This document shows positions 1 through 12,401 of a stretch of DNA of 64,000 bases, in pieces. Under the pieces are notes generated by a model. It did no database searches. It was not told the DNA's origin and worked only from the letters and a program-made list of their open reading frames with translations. Numbering within the stretch: the stretch's first letter is position 1; each line of letters starts with the position of its first letter. Position numbers and translations under genes: made by a program. Origin of the DNA: Haliotis rubra (lineage: Eukaryota). The stretch lies in NCBI RefSeq assembly GCF_003918875.1, contig NW_025767723.1:1984001-2048000 (forward strand). Direction: 5' to 3'.

Positions 1-724
1 CTCTGGGTCAGCTCATTAAGGAGTTAAGGGTGGACAGCATGGCTCAGCTAATTAGTGTACTCATTGAGTCTGTCTTATGGGAGGTCTGTCTTTTGGGAGT
101 GAACCCATCCAAGAGGGGAAAATCTTCACTGAAAAGAGGGCGCCTTATACGAATGGACTGAACACACGGCGTGGTGATCTGGACGTATTACTACCATTCA
201 AAGTGGTTGATAGCTGGAACACCGAATTATTTAAAAGAGGGTGGATCAAAACATTTTCTCCATTTTCTCAAGAGGGAGAAAAAAGTACCGCAATTGTATC
301 GCAATTAGATACAATTATATGCATTGTGTCCATTCTGATCGTAATTTGACGAATGACGTAATAATGTGACGTCACATGCTTGTGAGGTTACCGATGTAAC
401 CAGAGATAACTTTACATGACTACTCCTCTGTCCCAAAGAGCCCACAGGGTGTATGTAGTCTACACAAGGTGATAGACCCTGAATAAGATAGGGAAAATTC
501 AAATTTCCTCCGATTTCAATTTTACAAGTAACACACGAGTATCCGTCATATTTCATACAAGACATGTTATTAACAGATAGAGTATGATGTGTTGAAAGTG
601 CCTTTCAAATGATTGGCCAAAAATATCATGTCAGATTATTACAATGCACTGTCTACATAATCTAAGAAATCAGATCTTAGTGCTTAAATTGTTGTATAAT
701 TTTATTAACTTAGGCTGTTTTCAG

Positions 725-736
725 CGCCACACGGAG
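725..736 (+). other. Candidate 12-nt microexon
   Basis: ttaact...ctgttttcag|CGCCACACGGAG|gtaagt: acceptor plus consensus donor; length preserves frame. Confidence 0.3.
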
Positions 737-1094
737 GTAAGTATTTCAAGAACCTCGCCCCATAGCTGTTACAAGGTGTGACGTTTCCATCCATTGTTTA
801 CGATCAAGGTGTGGACAGTAAAACTTTCAGAATACGTTCTAAATCTTTAGCAGCCGTCACACGTAGTTAGGGAAGTCGCCTCTAATGCCCAGAAGATTAA
901 TTCCGGCATTTAATACGCTACCTTTTGTTAGACCACATCCCTGCTTTAATACGTGGAACGTGACAAACCCGGCGTCTACCTGTGGCCAACGCGCATCAAA
1001 GGGACAGCACTCTTGCCACGGGTCAAGATGATTGACGTTCGTTATGATTCATTACAACAGGTGACCAGCTGTTAGCGAAATATACATAACTTAC

Positions 1095-1101
1095 CATTTT
1101 A
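1095..1101 (-). other. Candidate 7-nt microexon
   Basis: Minus strand cttccttgtcattacgatgcag|TAAAATG|gtaagt; phase-compatible with the exon at 2241-2331. Confidence 0.25.
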
Positions 1102-1504
1102 CTGCATCGTAATGACAAGGAAGTGATGATAAATTAAAATTGACAACATTTATTACTCGTATATTTCATTTCATTGTCATTAAGGGCCAGGACGTTGAGT
1201 GATCTATAGAAAATGTGGCAGAAGGTGTGATGGGTGGGGAGCCCGGGGGTGGTGGTCAGAAGGTTGGTGTTGGATCTATCACGAGGGATCTAAGTAAGGA
1301 AAACAATGGGTGGAATCCTGGATGAAAGTATGTTTAAAAATACAAATATACACTCACTGATAAGTATATATCAGTTTACTGTGACCATTTCATAGGTCAT
1401 CCTATGATCCATTTCATTTTCATTCTTGTCAAATTTACACGGTAACTCTCCCTCACACTTCCCTGTCTGCCTCTCTGTGTCTGTCTGCCTGTCTCTCCCC
1501 CCCC

Positions 1505-1519
1505 TCTCTCACTCACACA

Positions 1520-1558
<39 letters not shown>
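1505..1558. repeat. (CT)n/(CA)n microsatellite
   Basis: Read directly. Confidence 0.95.
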
Positions 1559-1562
<4 letters not shown>

Positions 1563-1897
1563 AATGTACAAGTGAGGTTTGAACAGGGGTGGGTATATGG
1601 ATGGGTGGATCTTCAAAAGCTAACACTTAATTTCAGCGTCACTTTCTTCGTCGGTCAATGTGCAAGAAAGTAATTCCTATCACAGCAAGAACCTTATTTA
1701 AAATTCTACAACGTAAGTATATTTTTGTACAGTTTTGGTTTGCTTGTTTAAATAGTTTTTAGCCTCCCATAACACTTTGTGAGTGGCTGTGTACATCTGT
1801 ATATGTGTACAACGCTTGAGCGTGTGATGTATGTACCCTGGCCAGACAAATAAACTATGTCTGCCTGACTGGAGTCCATCAGCTGCACGGCTCCCTA

Positions 1898-2093
1898 TAG
1901 TCTGTCTCACAGTCCCCGAATCACAATATTGTCACTACAGCCTAGCCCTTCTTGCAATGCTAAAGCCCTAAATCTAAATGAAGCAAGTCTAGAGTTAGTC
2001 TGAATAATCAACCAAACTCGGGCTCCTTTTCAATTTAAATAGGATTATTTGTTACTATCTAAATTATATATTCAGAGACTAAGCTTTAATCTA
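1898..2093 (+). mobile_element. MITE family C (AcademH-like, non-autonomous)
   Basis: Starts TAGTCTG and ends ...gactaagctttaatCTA; homologous to 5506, 7204 and 23270; decayed 9-bp TSD ggctcccta/ggttcctga. Confidence 0.7.
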
Positions 2094-2240
2094 GGTTCCT
2101 GAAACACTACGCTATCTTTTCCTCCTTTACAACTGTTCAAGGAACAAACGTATTTGGATTTATATATTTTATGACAAGATTCACTTTCAGAGTAGCAGAT
2201 TTGTCACAAACGGCTCAGAAAATAGTCGCCTCCCACTCAC

Positions 2241-2331
2241 AGGAATGTTTGATGCGGTGCTCCGGATCTTCCTTTCTGCATTGTTGGGTATTAACGACGC
2301 TGTTGTCAACCATTTCATACTTCATCACGTC
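2241..2331 (-). CDS. Candidate exon of an unidentified gene (DVMKYEMVDNSVVNTQQCRKEDPEHRIKHS)
   Basis: cttccttccacactcag acceptor and gtgagt donor; only one frame is open across the whole exon. Confidence 0.4.
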
Positions 2332-2606
2332 CTGAGTGTGGAAGGAAGTGATTGTGAAGTATTTTAGGAACAAAGGCTTACAAGTGTGAGCATATCAGTT
2401 TTTAGTCGGCTTTACATGGCTGGTAACAGTCCAGCGTAACATTATCCGACATGTTGGAATATTGAATGTCATAGATTTCACTGAGGTTGACAAGGTTAGA
2501 AATATCACAGGGTTATAGATAGTTCATTGTAATCCGACATGCATTCATAGATGTCAAATGAGTGGTTTAATCTGGCCATAAACTCTATAGTTTCTCTTTG
2601 TACCAG

Positions 2607-2689
2607 GTGTTGTGGACCAGATGTTGTCTGTTTGTCCCGACTTCACAGCTATAATACAGGCCTTAGACAACCACATGCAACAACAATAA
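2607..2689 (+). CDS. Candidate terminal exon (VVDQMLSVCPDFTAIIQALDNHMQQQ*)
   Basis: Strong acceptor tttctctttgtaccag and an open frame to a stop; no homology recognised. Confidence 0.2.
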
Positions 2690-2734
2690 CAACAACCTAT
2701 TTGTCTTCCAGGGGGCCACCATCGGTAGTTTATT

Positions 2735-2894
2735 GGGGCGATTGGGTAGCCTAGTGGTTGATGCGTTCCCTCGTCACGCCAAAGACCTAGGTTTGATTCC
2801 CCACATGGGTACAATGTGTGAAGCCCATTTCTGGTGTCCCCCGCCGTGATATTGGTGACATCATGCTAAAAGCGGCGTAAAACCATACTCACTC
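2735..2894 (+). mobile_element. tRNA-derived SINE, family A
   Basis: A-box (tagcctagtgg), B-box (ggtttgattccc), conserved body, actc tail. Confidence 0.92.
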
Positions 2895-3070
2895 GGTAGA
2901 ATGGGCATACGAGAGCTATGAAGGGAATATACAATTGATTATAAACTGCGTACAGAGGGAGGATTATGTACAAAACACAAGACTAACATCTATCCTTTGA
3001 AATGAGTATATTTTAAACAAAAACGGTTTTTAAATTATGTTAATAAAATATGGAAAAAGGAGCAGCAGCA

Positions 3071-3424
3071 TGAGGTAAGCAGCGGGTTCGAGTTTCGGTA
3101 TTCGTCTTATAACGTGCTAGCAGCGGGTTCGTTATTCAAACGCTCTACATGGAATATCTATAGAAGTGCTGTCGTATATATACACTGAAACTCATATGGT
3201 AAGAGATTGCGGGTTCCATTCACAGTTGTACCAAATGAGCATGAGGTGTTTAATTATTCAGAATTTCTGAATAACGAAACACTAACCAGCACTGGGTTCG
3301 TTATTCAATGTATGCCCATCAATTCCGTCAAATGTAAGATAAATATAGCCTACCATATTTCCAGGGGGTTCGTGTTTCGTTATTCGAAAACGAATAACGA
3401 AACACGAACCCGCTGCTAACTTCA
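3071..3424. mobile_element. MITE with ~35-bp imperfect TIRs and internal TIR-like repeats
   Basis: gtaagcagcgggttcgagtttcggtattcgt ... acgaataacgaaacacgaacccgctgctaac; perfect hairpin at 3366-3411. Confidence 0.7.
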
Positions 3425-3467
3425 AGCTGCTAAAAGGAGCCCAGAGCTTAAAACAACTGTAACCCAA

Positions 3468-3615
3468 GGCCCCGTTTCACAAAGCTCTCGTAGGCCTAAG
3501 ATCGCGTAACTTTTCTCGTAGCATTCGTACCTCCTATACTGTAACACAGGGAGTACGAATGCTACGAGAAAAGTTACGAGATCTTACGCTTACGAGGGAT
3601 TTGTGAAACGGGGCC
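3468..3615. mobile_element. Palindromic MITE, PIF/Harbinger-like
   Basis: ggccccgtttcacaaa...tttgtgaaacggggcc TIRs; nearly the whole element folds back; flanks caa/cag. Confidence 0.85.
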
Positions 3616-3809
3616 CAGGTCGTCACATATTCTAGTCTTCCATGGGCTATACTGGTATATTTGTTTCAGGGTGCGTATGGCTATCTAATAATCTAACATA
3701 TGACACAAGACGACAAGCCTAGAGTGGGATGCGGCTGGGCGACTACGACGACATGTAAATACGGAGATTTATTTATCATTGCATAAACTTATTGTCATTT
3801 CGTGGTTAC

Positions 3810-4065
3810 ACCCGTGAAAATCCGGGTTTGAATTGATCTTCAGCAATCCATGCTTGTCGTAAGAGGCGACTAACGCGATCGGGGTGGTTAGGCTTGCTGA
3901 CTTGGTGGAGTCATTTCATCGTATCCCAATTGAGTGAATCTATGTTCATGTTGTTGATCACAGGATTGTCTGGTCAAGACTCGATTATTTACAGACCGCC
4001 GCCATATAGCAGGAATATGGGTGGGTGGGGCGTTAAACAACAACAACAAAAACCAAAACAACAAA
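3810..4065 (+). mobile_element. Retroposon family B (no tRNA head)
   Basis: Starts acccgtgaa, carries the gcttgtcgtaagaggcgactaa motif and the 3' tail shared with family A; tcgtggtta repeated on both flanks. Confidence 0.9.
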
Positions 4066-4067
4066 TT

Positions 4068-4230
4068 AGCTCGTGGTTAAGACAACGGCGCATTACGCCG
4101 AAGGTCCCGGTTCGATTCCCCACATAGGTGCACCACCATTATCACGGCGGGCACACCAGAAATGGAAATCAAACCCGGGTCTTCGGTGGACCGAACGAAC
4201 GCTTTAACCACGTGGCTACCCCACCGCCCT
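4068..4230. mobile_element. Two SINE A fragments (+ then -)
   Basis: Head fragment on +, then an internally deleted copy on -. Confidence 0.75.
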
Positions 4231-4287
4231 GGTTTAACTTATGTTGTACCTCTCTGTGCTGAGTTGTTTTCCATTGCGAGACCTTAC

Positions 4288-4323
4288 ACCGATGACTGTA
4301 AGTTTGACTCCCGGATTCCTCGA
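4288..4323 (-). CDS. Candidate 36-nt exon (EESGSQTYSHR), phase 1-1
   Basis: Branch point gctaac, acag acceptor, gtaagg donor; same CATCGGT|GTAAG end as the exon at 5831-5923. Confidence 0.4.
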
Positions 4324-4415
4324 CTGTTTCAAGATTTGTTAGCACCAAATCAATGCTCCTGCTTATCACGTCGGGGTATGTCCCCACGCCAAGCTGTGAT
4401 ATCTTGATATAATTA

Positions 4416-4581
4416 GAGCGAGTGAGTGAGTTTAGTTTTGCCCCGCTTTAAGCAATATTCCAGCAACATCACGGCTGGGACACAAGAAACGGATTCACAC
4501 TTTGTACCCATGTGGGGAATCGAACCCGGGTCTTCAGCGTGACAAGCGAACGCTTGAACCTCAAGGCTACCCCAACTCCCC
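4416..4581 (-). mobile_element. SINE family A
   Basis: Full-length reverse copy. Confidence 0.92.
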
Positions 4582-5505
4582 TGATGTAACGAGAATACTT
4601 AGCGCTCAACTCTCAGTGATCTCATGTACATTGATTACACAAATGGCGGCTTATACATTAATTATATTCCGTATCTCCTAAAACGTTTATTTCAAACATT
4701 ATTCACGAAAACTTCGGAGTGATCACTTTAATCACTCAATATCAACATATTAAGATCAACGTCTTTTCGAAATTAAAGGTTATCTTTGAAACATATTTCT
4801 TCCTTATTGGAAACCTCGTAGTCTGACATATAATTACATGTATTCGGGTAACATCTGTAGGAATATGTCAGATTTAAAGTGATAAATACCCAAAATTCCT
4901 CCCCTCGATGCCAACTCTGTAACCCGACACCGCAAGCAATTTCCTCACGTGTGACAGGGCGATAGCGGGCCGCTTATCCCCTGACAGTAATTCATAACAT
5001 GTCAGTCATCTTGTACTTAGCATTTGATGTCAATTTCAGTCGGGAGCTATTGTGTGGGAGTAGATGTTAAACAAACAATGGATGTTTATGCTAGTGACTG
5101 CCATTGTTCCTCAGTAAACTGTATCAGTTCTTCAGCAACGAAGGTCAAGATGTGGCAAGGGAATCGGCATTGTTTTGTGTCTATTACATGCTGAGTGAAA
5201 TAAACACGGGTTGCGTGACGTGTGATAAGGGAATGTGTCAGACGGACTTCGAAATGTACACGCGTCAATAACATTATGTTTAACTTCATCATATTTCACA
5301 TTTGCGAAACGCAGCTCGCGTGTAGTCAGTGTAAAGGACATTTGTTTTTCCGTGTGTATTATTCATTCTACAAAACGTCCGCTAATGCTACTTAATAAAG
5401 TGCGTTTTGTTAAGTTACGATACTCTCTTACAATTTGCTGGGTGGACCCACGGAGTTGTTTGTGCGAGATAATACATTAGATAATGAACGACACCAAGAC
5501 ACGAG

Positions 5506-5694
5506 TAGACTAAATCTTAGTCCCTGAATATATATAATCTTGCAAGTAACAAATAAACCCACTTAAATCAAAATGGAGCCCCTGTGAGTTGGAACCTGTG
5601 GAAATCTAGACTTGGTTCATTTAGGGCTTTAGCATTGCAGGGAGGGCTAAGCATTAGGGAAAATAATGTGGTTCGGGGACTGTGAGACAGACTA
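5506..5694 (-). mobile_element. MITE family C (AcademH-like)
   Basis: Reverse copy with TAG...CTA termini; TSD agacacgag/agacatgaa. Confidence 0.75.
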
Positions 5695-5830
5695 AGACAT
5701 GAAAAGCTCCAATGTTTATGGACACATAACCAACGCATTCTCATGAGAAGAAGCCTTTTATCATAATTGCATTCTGAATGGGATGGGGCGAAAAAAGGTG
5801 TCTCGTACGCTGAAATGAACACGTGCTTAC

Positions 5831-5923
5831 ACCGATGAAATGCACACCCATTTCCTTCGCTGGACAGGGCGTTGACAAGCGTCACGTAATCAGCGGAGAA
5901 ACTGTACTCAGGCAAACCCCCAT
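5831..5923 (-). CDS. Candidate 93-nt exon (DGGLPEYSFSADYVTLVNALSSEGNGCAFHR), phase 1-1
   Basis: tgtgtttcag acceptor, gtaagc donor, one open frame, higher GC than the flanks. Confidence 0.5.
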
Positions 5924-6674
5924 CTGAAACACATTTTACCAAGAAATGTACATCCGTCCATCACTGCTAATTTCTTGTCACAGCTGATGGGTATGTGTAA
6001 ACACTTGATATAATATGGTTGCATTTTCCCTGAAATACGCACCGCGAGTGTCAATCGCGGAGGAAATTGACTATATCCTGAAATCGACAAACGTAGCGAA
6101 TTAGCACGTTTGTGTATATTTAAGTGCTACGTGTGTCAGTCGGTGCTTTGATGGGTGTCACTTACTCTTGTTTGCTAAGACTGGATTAACATACAATGTC
6201 AAACAACTGGTGAACAAGTCCGCACTCGCTTGTACGGTACACTGATAGTCATCGCTCACACTAAGTAGGTCATTTAAACTCCGCCGGCACGTGGAGAAAG
6301 ATAAAGTTTCATAATGCTAGATGTGTTTTTTCATTTTTAAAAGTTTCACATTCTATTACGTACGGATGTTTTTTTCTCAACGAAGGTACTCCACTTGAAA
6401 TAAATTGGGTTGTAAAACCTGTATGCCATTCCGTCACATTTATGTAGCTGTGAGGTGATTATATTGTTTATATTTGCAAGGAATAAAAACACGTCCGATA
6501 TTTTCGTAACAATAAATTTTGATGATCTTTATATCAAGTGTTTGAGTGCGTAGGTGAGCATGATTTTACGCCGTTTGATGTGACGAGGGAGCACTTGAAC
6601 CCCTAGGCTTCCCCATCACCAACCGCCACTTTTATGTATTGAAACGATCAGATACAAACTGCAAGTTGAGACTG

Positions 6675-6699
6675 GTGATGATGATGATGATGATGATGA
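6675..6699. repeat. (GAT)n microsatellite
   Basis: Read directly. Confidence 0.9.
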
Positions 6700-7203
6700 A
6701 TGTAATAATGAAAAGAATCATTGTCCTGAGAAATGAGGGAAAAGACAATGAGCACGTGATAATGATGTAAACACAGAGGACGAAGTCGATAAAAAATTTT
6801 ATTCTAAATCGTCAATGTCCGCGATACAACTTTAAATCCAATTCAACGCATCACGAACAAAGGGACATAACCCACAAGTTTCCAATTGAATTATAAAATA
6901 ATCGAAAAAAATAATTTCATCATAACTTAAGCGGTTATTCAAATAAGCTTATGTTTGTTTACCAATCCGGTTCCTTTCTTTGGAAATAAATATGTTTCAA
7001 TCACTTAAGTTTTCACCTGGCAGAGGGTTAACTATGCAAAATATCTTTACATGCACATTGATTTATTACTAAGGTCGCTCAGGTGAAAGGGTTGTCCGAT
7101 ATATGATTTTACTGTTTACTTCTGATTAAAAAACTTAGTAGTAATTTAAATAGAAATAACAATCTGTAACTCCTCGCCAATCCTGACTTCACACAGAGTA
7201 ATG

Positions 7204-7384
7204 TAGTCTGTCTCACAATCCCTGAACCAGATTATTTTCCATAAAATGCTAAAGCCCTAAATGAAGCAAGTCTAGATTTCCATGGGTTCTGAATTTCCCA
7301 TCTGACTGGGGCTCCTTTTCAGTTTAAATGGGATTATTTGTCACGATCAAAATTATGTATCTTCAGAGACTTAGCTTTAGTTTG
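7204..7384 (+). mobile_element. MITE family C (AcademH-like)
   Basis: 9-bp TSD agagtaatg/agcgtaatg. Confidence 0.8.
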
Positions 7385-7709
7385 AGCGTAATGTATTGAT
7401 GGGTTCACCACATCGGCATGTCCCAGCAACATAAAACTATCTATCAGTAATATATATAGACGAGGAGTCGTGAGACCAGTACCCACAAAGGCAATGAATC
7501 TCTGATATTTGTCAGACAGATAGACATAAATTGTATTAATGTCCGACTTGTACATAATAAAACACACATACACATTTATTTGTATTAGCAACGTCCAATC
7601 ATTCGGTGATTTATGGGCGGCGTGAATTCGACATAAATAACGGTAATCAGTAACGTGAGGACACTAACAATTCTTTGTGTGCGGAGGTAGAATATCAGTC
7701 TTGAAATTA

Positions 7710-7883
7710 TACGATAGTTTGTTGTTAAACACCGCTCAGCATTATTCACACAGTACCAATGTGGTTTATAAATAATCGAGTCTAGAACGGAAAATCCAGT
7801 GACTAATATCATGAACATCGATCTACGCAGCTGGGATAAGGTATTATGTAGCAACCATGTCCTGACCAACTCATCCTTTTAGT
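7710..7883 (-). mobile_element. Older family B copy interrupted by a younger B copy
   Basis: Diverged reverse copy that resumes at ~8119-8143 (tagtcgcccgttacg). Confidence 0.75.
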
Positions 7884-8118
7884 ACCCGTGAAGGTCCGGG
7901 TTAGAATTGATCTTCAGCAACCCATGCTTGTCGTAAGAGGCGACTAACGGGACCGGGTGGTGAAGCTCGTTGGCTTGGTTGACACATGTCATCGGTTCCC
8001 AATTGCGTAGATCGATGCTCATGCTGTTGATCACTGGATTGTCTGGTCCAGACTCGATTATTTACAGACCGCCGCCATATAGCTGAAATATTGCTGTGTG
8101 CGGCGTAATATCAAACTC
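7884..8118 (+). mobile_element. Retroposon family B, full length
   Basis: 15-bp TSD actcatcc(t/c)tttagt. Confidence 0.93.
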
Positions 8119-8618
8119 ACTCATCCCTTTAGTCGCCCGTTACGTATCATATGTAATTTTAAAATAGGAGCCATTCAAACAAAACCGATGGGACGGTACG
8201 TCATAAACGTTTGTATTTGGCGCAGCCATGGACATGATATGGTGCATACAAAACTGGGATTATTATCACGGAATCTTGGATTCGGACACTCAGTATATCC
8301 TGGTTTCAACAAAAGGAAAAGAATTCCCAACTCAACGAACAGATGTGACTGAGATCTCTAGATTAAAATAATCGATTTTGTGAACTGAATTTAAGAATGT
8401 GGTCAAGCTGAAGATAGATCAAACCTGATGCGATAACAGAAATAAGGGAACCGGCGAATATCACCTATACCCAGCGGACAATTTCTATATTTTACTTAAA
8501 CAGATAGAATTGGTGATGGAATTTCACGAACTTAATTATCTACCAAGGGTTACACGTTAGATGTGAACATGAAGCTGTGTAATGATGACATAACTACTTA
8601 TAATAGAACATGGGGAAG

Positions 8619-8695
8619 TATACTCATGCCAAGATGATGTCACCCCTTCAATTTTTTAATTGGAGAGGGGTGGGATGGGGTAGAGGTGTGTGGGG
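8619..8695 (+). mobile_element. Half copy of the Tc1/mariner-type MITE at 37309
   Basis: tatactcatgccaa...gtcaccccttc matches the left arm of 37309-37438. Confidence 0.6.
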
Positions 8696-8764
8696 GTTAA
8701 AGCGTTCGCTCGTGACAACCGAAGACATGGGTATATATGATCAGATGATGTTATTAATAGTCAG

Positions 8765-8892
8765 AGAGTGAGTTTTAGTTTTAGCAATGTTCCCACAATA
8801 TTCCGCCGTGATGTTGTTGGAATATTGGGGATTCGAACCCGGATCTTCGCCGTGACGAGCGCCGCTTTAACCCCTGGGCAACCCTCTGCCCC
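8765..8892 (-). mobile_element. SINE family A, degenerate
   Basis: Reverse B-box and head are recognisable. Confidence 0.75.
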
Positions 8893-8992
8893 TTGTGAGA
8901 AGGAACGGCGTTGAGCACCTTGTATCAATTCAGTCGGTCAAATCCCACATCGATGTCCCTCAGTTTGTCGTACACACCCTGAAACAAATAAA

Positions 8993-9158
8993 GGGGCGGT
9001 GGGGTAGCCTAGTGGTTAAAGCGTTCGCTCGTCACGCCGAAGACCCGGGTTCGAATCCCCACATGGGTACAATGTGTGAAACCCATTTCTTGTGTCCCCC
9101 GCTGTGATATTGCTGGAATATTGCTAAAAGCTGCGTAAAGCCACACTCGCTCACTCAC
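8993..9158 (+). mobile_element. SINE family A, full length
   Basis: A and B boxes; TSD aaacaaat. Confidence 0.95.
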
Positions 9159-10276
9159 TAAAACAAATCAGCACGTTCAAGTCCAGAATAAGTATAATTG
9201 AAATGAAAGTCTCTGGGCACCTTTATATTATATTTTATAAATATAATTCAGGAACTGTTTTTTTTCTGAAAAATTCATTTCAGTGACAAGATGTTAGTAC
9301 ACAGTGTCACTTTACCGGTTGTAAATTAAGGGAGAGGGGTCAGCGGTGGGGAGGGGGCCGAGAAACGCCAACGCACTCGGCTATGATTCTTTCAAGCGTC
9401 GTTCCGGAAGGGGATTGGGAGAGGGACAGGCGACGACACTTTCTACGCATGGAGCTACCAAGACACGTACTGGTCATTGATACAGCTCAATCACAGAGAT
9501 AAAATAAACGTCTGTCATATCATCGTACTTTAATCAGTTTTAGTTTGTGTCCTGTTGTCCTACGCACACGGAAGTGTTTACGTAAAAACCGGAAAAACCA
9601 ACTCACGCTGTCGTCTTCAAAGAAAAATGTGTCACAAAACCTGTCATTTCAGGAAAATCGAAGAGAGGCCACAGCTTCATTTGGCACAAAATTGCAATAT
9701 ATTATAAATATATTATAGATAGGGCCTATATTGTTACTGGCGAGAAAGAGAGTTTTGAGGAAATCCCAACGTGAGGCTTGTGTTGGACGTTCTACACTGT
9801 CCTGAAACCCACGTGTTCTATGCCGACAAACATGTATTGTACAAGCGATCATCTGTTGTAGCATGCGAGTTACGATTACCGTAGCGCTAGGATCGGTTTG
9901 TGTATCGCGAGGCCAGAGACAGCTAAAGATGACCATCGAGGGATATCAAGGGCCGGAAGACTTGAGGTGCCTCGTGACTTACATACATGACTACATACGT
10001 GACTTACATGAATTCACTGCATAGGACACCAGGGTTGTATCTAGCAGTTACTTATGTGGTGATCTACCTTAGCTTATTAACACACACACTCGTTCATTAC
10101 CTTAAACTACCCTGGGGTAGAATATTCTCGTGCATCTGAGGCGCACGCTCGCACGCTCATGATTAGGCAACCTTATAACGCGTAGGAAGCGCATTTTGCT
10201 GTACAGTGATTGTGGGTTGATCGGTTCACCCGATTAAGTCTCTATGTTTGCTAGCACTTGTGTTTCCATTGTGGTA

Positions 10277-10348
10277 TCTGGTGTCCCCCCGCCGTCATAT
10301 TGCTGGAATATTGCTAAAAGGGACATAAAACCATACTCACTCACTCAC
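10277..10348 (+). mobile_element. SINE family A, 5'-truncated
   Basis: 3' half only; TSD-like ccattgtgg/ccaatgtgg. Confidence 0.85.
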
Positions 10349-11532
10349 CAATGTGGATAGCACCGAAGAAGTGCATCACATCGGGTTTTAGTCCCACATC
10401 TAACTGACAACCCGTGATATAAGTGGAATTACTGTCACAAGCAACCCTAAACCAACTTCACTAACTCACATTCCCAACGTTATATAGATCAATGTGAGTT
10501 TAAAACTCTCGGACTTCTCATCAATCTCCTTCTGTAATCTATTTCAACCAATGACCAAATAAATTAGTAACATTCTTGCAGATACATGTACATACACTAC
10601 CCTTCTAAATCGCAACCTGTTCAATTTCACGCAAATCATGTCAATATCACTTTGATTGACAAGATCCATCTTCAAACACCGTCAATCTGAAATAGACATC
10701 GCAAGGTCACGATTCCGAGGCAAAGGTCAGATGAGGGTCAGGTCAGGGGTCAGATCTGAATGTGACTGAATTGAAACGGTAAAGGTTTTAAGCCTGGGCA
10801 CGTGGTGTAAAGGGGGGTAGATAAAAGTAGGTACACAACATACATAATAGGTGGTATATAGACATTCACTCGAAGACACGTGTAAATATTTAATGAACCC
10901 AGCATTTCTTTTTGGTGCAGGAATCACGAGGGACGAGGGGGGGATATAATCTAGTTAGATTTAGACACGGACAGTCATGTCAAGGTGTGTATAAAACACC
11001 TGAAATGGATGACAAATATTTGAATCTGGGTGTGAAAAGCTCCATCTTTGTTATTGTGTGGAGACACAGAAGTAATGACGAAGGATGCTTCAATGGGGAC
11101 TTCGGAAAGTCACGTTGTGACTTTATCTGATACTCTCCTCCACCTGTTGCCGTTGTCTCAAACTTCAGCCCACTCTAAAGATTGATTTAATCTTATGAAA
11201 CTAAATACGGTGCTTTTTCAGACGAGGGTCACATTATTTATTATATTTGATAAAATATGGCAGTTTCGCTGAAAGGAGTATGTGTATAAATTAGACGTAG
11301 CATAGCTCAAGATGCTGCCTGGTTTCACTAAGAATATAAGTAAATAAAATATATTGAGCAGGGACAATGAATCTTGAACCATGTCTTTAAAACCAGATAC
11401 CCATCAAGTTCCCATCATGCTACAGATGTTAGGACCATCCAATCCCAGTTTTAGACAAATGTTTCAGTGGATTGCTGGGGCAAGGTGTAGATGTGTTTGA
11501 CAATGTTCGAAGGCAATGTTCGAAGATATTAA

Positions 11533-11694
11533 GTGGCGGTGGGGTAGCCTAGTGGTTAAGGCGTTCGCTCGTCATGCCGAAAACCCGGGTTCGATTCCCC
11601 ACATGGGTACAATGTGGATGCCCATTTCTGGTGTCCCACGTGATATTGCCGGAATATTGCTTAAAGCGGCGTAAAACTAAACTCACTCCTCACT
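11533..11694 (+). mobile_element. SINE family A
   Basis: TSD tcgaagatatt. Confidence 0.95.
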
Positions 11695-12401
11695 CGAAGA
11701 TATTTAAACTACTGATCACTAATACTTCAATGGAGGTTTTTATGACTCTTTCAACTTAGTGCTGTACTCAGTCAAACGTTAATGAGGACGTAATTATAAG
11801 ACGTCGCCACTTTAGCTATATATGTTATAACCTGTACTTTTTTAGAAGTTAAAATTTTAAACGTAGGTAATATGGTGTATTTTACACCAGTGTATATCAC
11901 GTCCCTCCGGGTACCCAGGTAGGGTTGCTCACAGCAAGTTGATGATAAATTATAATGGTCCCCTGGACTCGAGGGTTCATTGGTCCACAAATAATCTGGT
12001 GTTTAAACAAACATTCGTAATCCTTCCCCATACGTCCAAACTCACTGACTCAAGCCCACCCACCCACTCACTCACTCACCCAAACTCACTGACTCATAAA
12101 GAGACTATAGCTCTACAACCGTCACAGTTTATATAAACATCCATATACAAGTATCTCCGAGTTTTTACATTGGTTTCAGATTAATGATAATTTTCTCAAA
12201 AGATTGTCTTCTTTTGAATTTTGTTTACTCGACAGTGATTATATGAATGTCGGTGAATACCAATTATAACAATTCAGAATAGAAACCTTCGTTACAATGC
12301 CGTTGATAACTTCAAGTGAGCGAAGCGTGTCGAGGGATCTCCCACCACATCCGGGTGTCAGCTTTGGCGGAGTGAGTTAGAATGTTTTTCACCTCTCCTC
12401 A

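Noticed and set aside
8993-9065. tRNA genes
   Set aside because: The A/B boxes belong to SINE heads that continue into SINE body and tail with TSDs; no complete acceptor stem.
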